Of a stretch of 64,000 bases of DNA, positions 57,817 through 64,000 are shown piece by piece. Within the stretch, counting starts at the first letter, position 1. Each line of letters begins with the position of its first letter. The DNA lies in contig LADS01000037.1 of the NCBI GenBank assembly GCA_000961725.1, positions 54,185 through 118,184 on the forward strand, given 5' to 3'. The notes under the pieces were generated by a model, which saw only the letters and a program-made list of their open reading frames with translations, did not search any database and was not told where the DNA came from. The translations under genes and the position numbers were made by a program. This stretch comes from Desulfobulbaceae bacterium BRH_c16a (GTDB lineage: Bacteria; Desulfobacterota; Desulfobulbia; Desulfobulbales; Desulfocapsaceae).

Positions 57817-59046
57817 ATGAAACTCGATCTTGAACAACTGATCAGAGCCCTTTCCAATACGGTGGATCTCGTCGGTGTAGATGAAATCCAACATGGCAAG
57901 AGAGTCGCCTTTATGACTCTTACCTGTGCCGAAAAAGCAGGATACAGCCGTAGTGAAGCAACAATGCTCTTTCGCATGGCACTGCTCCATGACTGCGGCG
58001 TTTCGTCCACCAAGGTCCATAGGCAGATCATCGATAAACTCGACTGGGTTGGCACCGATCTGCATTGCCTGATCGGCGAGCGGAGATTGCGTCAGTTTGC
58101 CCCGCTTGCACCGCTGGCCGATGCAGTACGTTACCATCACACCAGATGGCAGGTCCTGAAAGAGCTGCCGCTGCCGGAAGAAACCAAACGTCATGCCAAC
58201 CTCATCTACCTGCTGGACAGGGTGGATGCCCTCGCGACTTTACAGCCGGACGTGAGTAGATTAACCGGGAAAGATAGAATCTGTAAAAAAGTCCTCAGCC
58301 TTCGCCACACCTACTTCCATCCGGAAATCGTCGAAATCTTTCTGGCCGCATCGGACAACGAAGCCTTCTGGATCACCATGGAACCGACTCATCTCGAAGA
58401 TTTTTTGCAATCGCACCGCAGCGGCATGGACGAAATCGTGGTCGATGTCGATGGGCTGTACACGATTGCCACCATCTTCGCCGAGATTGTCGACGCCAAG
58501 AGTCCATTTACCGCCGAACATTCGCGTGGCGTCGCCAGTCTGGCCAGATTCATCGCGGAAAAATGCCGGTTAACCCCTTCGGTGTGCCGGCAGATCGAGG
58601 TAGCCGGGCTCCTCCACGATCTGGGAAAACTGCAGGTGCCGGATATGATCCTTGAGTTCGAAGGTTCTCTCAGCCGTGAGGAACGTGCCACCATGCACCA
58701 TCACAGCTTTGTAACTCATCAGATCCTCAACAAGATCAGAGGCCTGGAAGATATTGCCCTGTGGGCGAGCAATCATCATGAAAAACTCAATGGAAGCGGT
58801 TATCCGTTTCGCAGGACAGCCGAGACCCTGACCATTGAGTCGCGAATCATTATGATCGCCGACATCTTTCAGGCCCTCGCTCAGAATCGCCCTTACCGTG
58901 ATTCACAATCTCCTGAAATCATTATCGATATTCTAAAACAAGGTGTTGTCCGCAAAGAACTCGATGCCGAGCTGGTGCAGCTTGTCGAATCGGAAATTGA
59001 AACCTGCTATGCCATCGCTACCGCGCCTTCGGTCAAGATGAACTGA
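57817..59046 (+). CDS. Tandem HD / HD-GYP phosphodiesterase
   Basis: LLHDCG and LLHDLGK; HHEKLNGSGYP; ADIFQAL...RPYR. Confidence 0.92.
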   Translation: MKLDLEQLIRALSNTVDLVGVDEIQHGKRVAFMTLTCAEKAGYSRSEATMLFRMALLHDCGVSSTKVHRQIIDKLDWVGTDLHCLIGERRLRQFAPLAPLADAVRYHHTRWQVLKELPLPEETKRHANLIYLLDRVDALATLQPDVSRLTGKDRICKKVLSLRHTYFHPEIVEIFLAASDNEAFWITMEPTHLEDFLQSHRSGMDEIVVDVDGLYTIATIFAEIVDAKSPFTAEHSRGVASLARFIAEKCRLTPSVCRQIEVAGLLHDLGKLQVPDMILEFEGSLSREERATMHHHSFVTHQILNKIRGLEDIALWASNHHEKLNGSGYPFRRTAETLTIESRIIMIADIFQALAQNRPYRDSQSPEIIIDILKQGVVRKELDAELVQLVESEIETCYAIATAPSVKMN

Positions 59047-59076
59047 ACGGTGCGAGAGGATACATAAGAAAATCGA

Positions 59077-59298
59077 TTACAATTCTACGGTGTGGATTCC
59101 CCTGTGCTGAAGATCAAGCAGGATCTTTTTAATCTGCTGCTTGCTACAGTCGTTTATGGCATACACATTCCGCGTGCCGTCGAGGAACTGGAGAACGAAA
59201 TTGCCCTTTGCGTCAATGTAGGCGTTGCGGATATATTCCCGGTCCAGCCATGGCTTCATTTCCGCCATGAAATCGAATAAGGTGCATGTTTTCATCAT
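59077..59298 (-). CDS. Small hypothetical protein
   Basis: ggaggg RBS; MKTCTLFDFMAEMKPWLDREYIR... Confidence 0.65.
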   Translation of the reverse strand: MMKTCTLFDFMAEMKPWLDREYIRNAYIDAKGNFVLQFLDGTRNVYAINDCSKQQIKKILLDLQHRGIHTVEL

Positions 59299-59474
59299 CT
59301 CCCTCCGTGCTGATATTTCCATGAATTATCACATCTCCTACTGTAAGGCCGGTTGTGATTTCTTCAACCGTCATGGCAGCAAGGGGGTATGATCTTTCCT
59401 GGAAGATTCCCCCGGCGGTCGGCAAAAGGCGGGCTCCGTACCGAAAGGTATAAGAAGAAAAAGAACAGAACATC

Positions 59475-61313
59475 TTATTTTTCCCTGCTTTTGCGGACGG
59501 TCATTTCACAACGGCTGCAGTCGAATTCCAGATCGTACTCTCCGGTATTGTCGGAGAGTATGAACGGCAGGACAGGATCCTCGCCAGCCTGCCTGCCGGC
59601 CTTCGGGCAGATCCCCAGCTGGGCTTTGATGCAATACTTGGTAATCATCAGGACACACCCCTCGACCTTTCCGGCTTGCAACACCGAACTGTCGATTTCA
59701 CGCACCCCGTGCCGCAGATAAAACTCCTCGGCTTTCCGGTTGGCGATATTGTCAAGATAACTCACCTCTCCCGCCGACCAGGGGAATGCATTGACCTTAC
59801 GGTCGACTCGCTGCCGGGGACAAGTTGCTTGTCTGACTTCTTGATGGCGCGTCAGCGCCCGCCGCCGCAGGTCGTTATAGACTGCGGCGGGGAAAAAAAC
59901 TTCGGGATTGAGGTCAACCTTGATTTCTTCCACGGAAAATACGGTGCCGCCGGTTTTTTTCAGCTGCTTCACGGCCAGGGCCGAGGCCGAACCTGTCTGC
60001 CTGGCTGCTTCCTTATCAACTTTAAGATGGGTTTCAGAGGTGACGCCATCCTCATCGACGACCTTCATCCGCAGTCCGTCGACCGCTTCCTGAAGCTCGA
60101 CCTGGATGGCCAAAGTGCGGCATTGTTCACTACGGGAGAGCTCTTCTGCAAATGCGGTGTCGGCGTTTCGATAGATTCTCGTTCCCAAGGGCAGCGAGAC
60201 GGGATCCCTTGGGTAAATTTTTCCATCTGCAACCCTATTCACCTTCATGCCGACCAGGTCACCTGTGGAATCGAAGTAACAGAGACCATCGCCATTGTGA
60301 ATCACTTCGCCGGTCTCCAGCGTGAAAAAAAGTTTTTCGGCAAAATTAACCCTGCCCAGTTCCTTGCCGATCGATTTGGGGCTGGCGATTGCGCCGGGCG
60401 TGTTCCTTTTCTTGATCAGAAAATATTCGGTTTTTCCCCGATTAAACGATCTGGCGGGATCGGGAACAAAAGAAAAACTGCAGCGCCCTGAAGACGCAGG
60501 GGCCAATCCGTCATCCGCATCGATAATCCTGTCGAGAGCCTGACGGTAGAAGGCGGTGACGTTTTTCACGTAGTTTTCGTCTTTCAGTCGTCCCTCGATT
60601 TTGAAAGAATCGATTCCGGCAGCGATAAGCTCGACAAGGCGGGATGAGAGATCCAGATCCTTCAGACTGAGCAGGTAGCGATCCTTGGCCAGAGTTTTTC
60701 CCCGGCCGTCGCGGAGGGTGTAGCGGTGGCGGCAGAACTGGGCACACTCGCCCCGGTTGGCGCTCCGGCCGGCCATTACTTCGCTTATATAACACTGACC
60801 GCTATAGGAAACGCAGAGCGCGCCATGGACAAAGAATTCGAGCGCTACCGTAGTGGCATCCCTGATTTCCCTGATCTCCGCCAGGCTCAATTCCCTGGCA
60901 AGGACTACCTGCTGGAATCCGACTTTTTCAAGAAACGCCACCTTCCGTGACGTGCGGTTATTCACCTGGGTGGAAGCATGGAGGGGAATGGGTGGCAGCT
61001 CGCATTCAAGCAACCCCATATCCTGGATGATCAGGGCATCGACGCCTATTTCATACAGCTGTCCGGCAAGGTGTACGGCGCGGGACAGTTCATGGTCATC
61101 GAAGATGGTATTGAGTGCCACATATACTTTCGCCCGGAACAGATGGGCAGTCCTCACCAGTTGTTCTATATCCTGCAGACTGTTGGCGGCTGCGGCACGG
61201 GCGCTGAACTGCGGGCCGCCGATATAGACAGCGTCGGCGCCGTGATGTATCGCGGCGAGGCCGCAGGCGAGATCTCTGGCAGGTGCCAGCAGTTCGATTT
61301 TGCGATTACACAT
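59475..61313 (-). CDS. U32 family protein, RlhA-like
   Basis: ELLAPA, GADAVYIG, HASTQ, HGALCVSYSGQCY...SANRGECAQFCR, FKIEGR; long C-terminus. Confidence 0.9.
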   Translation of the reverse strand: MCNRKIELLAPARDLACGLAAIHHGADAVYIGGPQFSARAAAANSLQDIEQLVRTAHLFRAKVYVALNTIFDDHELSRAVHLAGQLYEIGVDALIIQDMGLLECELPPIPLHASTQVNNRTSRKVAFLEKVGFQQVVLARELSLAEIREIRDATTVALEFFVHGALCVSYSGQCYISEVMAGRSANRGECAQFCRHRYTLRDGRGKTLAKDRYLLSLKDLDLSSRLVELIAAGIDSFKIEGRLKDENYVKNVTAFYRQALDRIIDADDGLAPASSGRCSFSFVPDPARSFNRGKTEYFLIKKRNTPGAIASPKSIGKELGRVNFAEKLFFTLETGEVIHNGDGLCYFDSTGDLVGMKVNRVADGKIYPRDPVSLPLGTRIYRNADTAFAEELSRSEQCRTLAIQVELQEAVDGLRMKVVDEDGVTSETHLKVDKEAARQTGSASALAVKQLKKTGGTVFSVEEIKVDLNPEVFFPAAVYNDLRRRALTRHQEVRQATCPRQRVDRKVNAFPWSAGEVSYLDNIANRKAEEFYLRHGVREIDSSVLQAGKVEGCVLMITKYCIKAQLGICPKAGRQAGEDPVLPFILSDNTGEYDLEFDCSRCEMTVRKSREK

Positions 61314-61378
61314 AATTCATTTGGGTTCATGCTTGTTTCAGGAGGGACAAATCTCACCGAGTTTTAGCCCGGGATACT

Positions 61379-61945
61379 TCAAGCGATTGCCGGCAGTTTC
61401 AGGAGAAAACTCCGACGATCGTGGAAATCCGGTTTGGACCCGCAATGATCTACCGCCCAGTAGCTGACTGCCCCGTGGAAATCCTCGATCACGCAGGCGA
61501 TACCGGCCTCGAGAGGAATACAGTCTTTACAGATGTCACGGATGTCAATGGTGCAGGAAAAAAGAAGTCGGCCACGTTCTGCTTCCATCCGGCAGACAGG
61601 CCCGCCCACGGCGTTTTCCTCCCGCATCTCTTGCCGATGATCGGAGAAACGGTAGACATTCCAGGCGCCGCATGGGCTGAGGTTGCCTTCCCAGTAGGCG
61701 GATTCGCCCTGGATGCCGAGAAAAAATTCAAAACAGGTCTGCCGCCACAGTTCATGGCGACGCGTGGGACCGGGGACGGGCATCGGCCGGATGATCCGGT
61801 GCAGATCGCCTTCCACCCGATATTCGATATGGAGTGAACCGGGTCGTCTGCCCACCGAGCCTGAAATTTTCAGACCCTTTGGTGCCGACCCGGGTGTAAA
61901 TGAGCGAAGTTGAAAACAGCATGCAGAGCTCTTTTCAATCTCCAT
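61379..61945 (-). CDS. DOMON-like domain protein
   Basis: LWRQTCFEFF, YWEGNLSPCGAWNVYRF, SYWA...PDFH. Confidence 0.8.
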   Translation of the reverse strand: MEIEKSSACCFQLRSFTPGSAPKGLKISGSVGRRPGSLHIEYRVEGDLHRIIRPMPVPGPTRRHELWRQTCFEFFLGIQGESAYWEGNLSPCGAWNVYRFSDHRQEMREENAVGGPVCRMEAERGRLLFSCTIDIRDICKDCIPLEAGIACVIEDFHGAVSYWAVDHCGSKPDFHDRRSFLLKLPAIA

Positions 61946-61963
61946 CGGGATCGACCTCTCTCC

Positions 61964-62161
61964 TTATTCTTCCTCTACGTCGATGCAGTCGACCGGACAA
62001 GCAGCTGCCGCATCTTCAATACACTCTTCATCTACCGAATATTGTTCGTATACAAAGGCCTTTTCCGTCTCATCGTCAAAACCGAAAACGTCGGGACAGA
62101 GCTCAATGCAGCTTTGACAACCGATACATTCGTCTTGATCCAATGTAACCTTTTGCGCCAT
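61964..62161 (-). CDS. Monocluster [4Fe-4S] ferredoxin
   Basis: CIGCQSCIELCPDVF...CPVDCI; aaggagg RBS. Confidence 0.93.
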   Translation of the reverse strand: MAQKVTLDQDECIGCQSCIELCPDVFGFDDETEKAFVYEQYSVDEECIEDAAAACPVDCIDVEEE

Positions 62162-62607
62162 CTGCAACCTCCTTATTCAAATCATTAATATTTAAAGCGC
62201 AGTCCAAGAAAATCCTGGAACATTCGAAAGGATCTCCCGCCGGAACCTCGTTCCCGTCCCCCTGGTGAAGATTCACCTGAGGTTCCACCATGGTTTTCCC
62301 TCCTGTACCGCGCATTTGGCTTTTGGCATCGATTTGACTGGCTTCCCGCTCCTTGTTGCAACGGAGGAAGAATCGGACACTCCTCCGAAAACTCCGGGAT
62401 TCAACTCCCGGCAGGGGGCAGACCGCGCCATACCTTATCCACTTTTTTGTTTATATCCGTATTTTCTCGATAATCAATAGAAAAAGCTCTTTTGCCGGAT
62501 GAGAATATCCCGCTTCCCGGAAATTAACCAAAGCGATGAGGCAACAAAACCAGTGAATCTCTGCATTTCAGCCGTACCTGCCTCCTCCCCGGCTTCCGGC
62601 GGCGGCA

Positions 62608-64000
62608 CTAGACGGAAACACTTTGCCCGTGAAACGGGACGACCACATTGTATCCATTACTCCGCAGGTAATCGGCAAAAGCAAGTGTCTGTTCCTCTTC
62701 ACCATGAACAAGGGCAATCTTTTTAATTGAGAGATTCGATTCCTGCAACACCCGCATGAGCTCATTACGATCTCCATGGGCACTGAACCCGCCAAGGGTC
62801 TCCACTCTGGCCCTCAGCGGATAGTCCTTGTTGTAAAATCGGACTAAAGGGGCCGGTCCCCTTCGGCCTTCGGCACTGTATTTCTCACCGACTTCCTGAA
62901 GATGCCGGCCAAAGGTGTTTTGTCCCATATAGCCGACGATCAGTACCGTGTTCCGCTCGTCATGGATCTTGTGACGGAGGTGGTGCAGGACCCTGCCCCC
63001 CTCGCACATGCCCGATCCGGCGAGGACAATATGCGATCTGGTATCACGGTTCAGGGCCATCGACTCCTCAACGCTTTGGACAAATTTCAGCTGAGCAAAG
63101 TCAAAGGGGTTGATACCTTTCTGCAAAAAGGCTTCATGGGCTTCCGTATCGTAGGTTTCCGGATGTTCGCCAAAGACATGAGTAATCATTGTCGCCAACG
63201 GACTGTCGACCCAGATCGGCATCGGCGGGATCTCTTTTGCAATGTACATTTCATGGAGGAAATAAATGAGTTCCTGGGTACGGCCGTAGGCGAAGGCCGG
63301 GATAATAACCGAACCACCGCGGTTGAATGTTTCCAGCAACACCTTCTTCAATAACGGTTTCATGTCCTCGATCGGTTCATGCAGCCTGTTGCCGTAGGTG
63401 CTCTCCATTATCATCAGGTCGATATCCCTGTGCTCCGGTGCAAAATCGAGATTGGGGTCCTTGATGATCGGCTTGTCGAAACGCCCCAGGTCTCCGGAAT
63501 AGAGAACTGTCCTTGTCCGGCCACCGGTCTTCACCTGAATGACCGACATGGCCGAGCCAAGAATATGCCCGGCTTCATACAAGGTACAGGTCAAATCCTT
63601 GCCGATGGTCACAGTTTCGCGATATGGAATGCCTTGGAAACTGGCCAGCGCCTGTTCCACATCGGCCATGGAATACAGCGGCCGTATCACTTCGAGGTGA
63701 TGTTCGACCAACAGTTTTTCAATAACCTCATCTTTCAGATCGTGATCCCCGGACTTCAACAGGTTCTTGATGGTCTGCATATCTCCATTGGAAATCGTGG
63801 TTTTTCCATTGCCCGCCTTGACCTCTGCAAGAAATGCCCTCGCTGTCTTATAGTTGAGGTACGAGGCGTCTCCCGCCTGTATTTTAGCGGAATCGCGGAG
63901 AAGACACTCACAGGCGGCGGCTGTTGCCCGCGAACAGAAAATCTGCCCGCCGAAAGCGCTTCTGGTAACCATCGGCACACGCCCCGAATGATCAATGTGA
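62608..64000 (-). CDS. MBL-fold beta-CASP ribonuclease (5' end outside the window)
   Basis: HIDHSGR at the window edge, AGHILGS, YSGDLG, MESTYG, GRTQEL, GMCEGGR, FSAHGD, VHGE. Confidence 0.93.
   Translation of the reverse strand, partial: HIDHSGRVPMVTRSAFGGQIFCSRATAAACECLLRDSAKIQAGDASYLNYKTARAFLAEVKAGNGKTTISNGDMQTIKNLLKSGDHDLKDEVIEKLLVEHHLEVIRPLYSMADVEQALASFQGIPYRETVTIGKDLTCTLYEAGHILGSAMSVIQVKTGGRTRTVLYSGDLGRFDKPIIKDPNLDFAPEHRDIDLMIMESTYGNRLHEPIEDMKPLLKKVLLETFNRGGSVIIPAFAYGRTQELIYFLHEMYIAKEIPPMPIWVDSPLATMITHVFGEHPETYDTEAHEAFLQKGINPFDFAQLKFVQSVEESMALNRDTRSHIVLAGSGMCEGGRVLHHLRHKIHDERNTVLIVGYMGQNTFGRHLQEVGEKYSAEGRRGPAPLVRFYNKDYPLRARVETLGGFSAHGDRNELMRVLQESNLSIKKIALVHGEEEQTLAFADYLRSNGYNVVVPFHGQSVSV

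Noticed and set aside
62390-62430. tRNA/tmRNA-like T-arm (ccgggattcaactcccgg...cca) or SRP RNA
   Set aside because: No cloverleaf or acceptor-stem partner, and the SRP domain IV motif is absent

Overview
Bacterial chromosomal window of moderate-to-high GC. Gene content suggests a Desulfobacterota member, possibly Desulfobulbales (inference only). Left to right: a decaying kaiC-kaiB-kaiB-PAS kinase locus with other deletion remnants; a yceH/isomerase/pfpI operon; a Tat-exported PaoABC-like molybdoenzyme; and a stress/metal-storage island. The island holds two duplicated sigma54-driven PRC-barrel genes, a secreted-protein gene behind a c-di-GMP-I riboswitch, a Cys-rich Csp3-like protein, a tandem ferritin-like protein, a hemerythrin, and a Family 1 encapsulin with its ferritin-like cargo. 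Next come a GAF kinase, a GGDEF protein with a degenerate EAL domain, an SPFH pair, TRAP/USP/plsY and def-fmt-larC-pgpA. These are followed by an uncharacterised four-gene ECF module (TPR lipoprotein, ECF sigma, TPR anti-sigma, Gly-rich secreted protein), cytochrome bd with a hidden 30-aa subunit candidate, amtB-glnK, and an Lpp-like lipoprotein with an L,D-transpeptidase. The right part has a degenerate PII-ACT-ACT/PII/MotA-fragment cluster, glycosyltransferases, ExeA-OmpA, an undecaprenyl-sugar LPS-modification trio, CBS, LbH, HD-GYP, U32, ferredoxin and a beta-CASP nuclease. No rRNA, tRNA, CRISPR array or intact mobile element was seen. The best candidates for undescribed systems are the paralogous-TPR ECF envelope module, the pseudo-PII/ACT cluster and two multi-stem intergenic RNA candidates. 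All calls come from reading the sequence; no searches were run.
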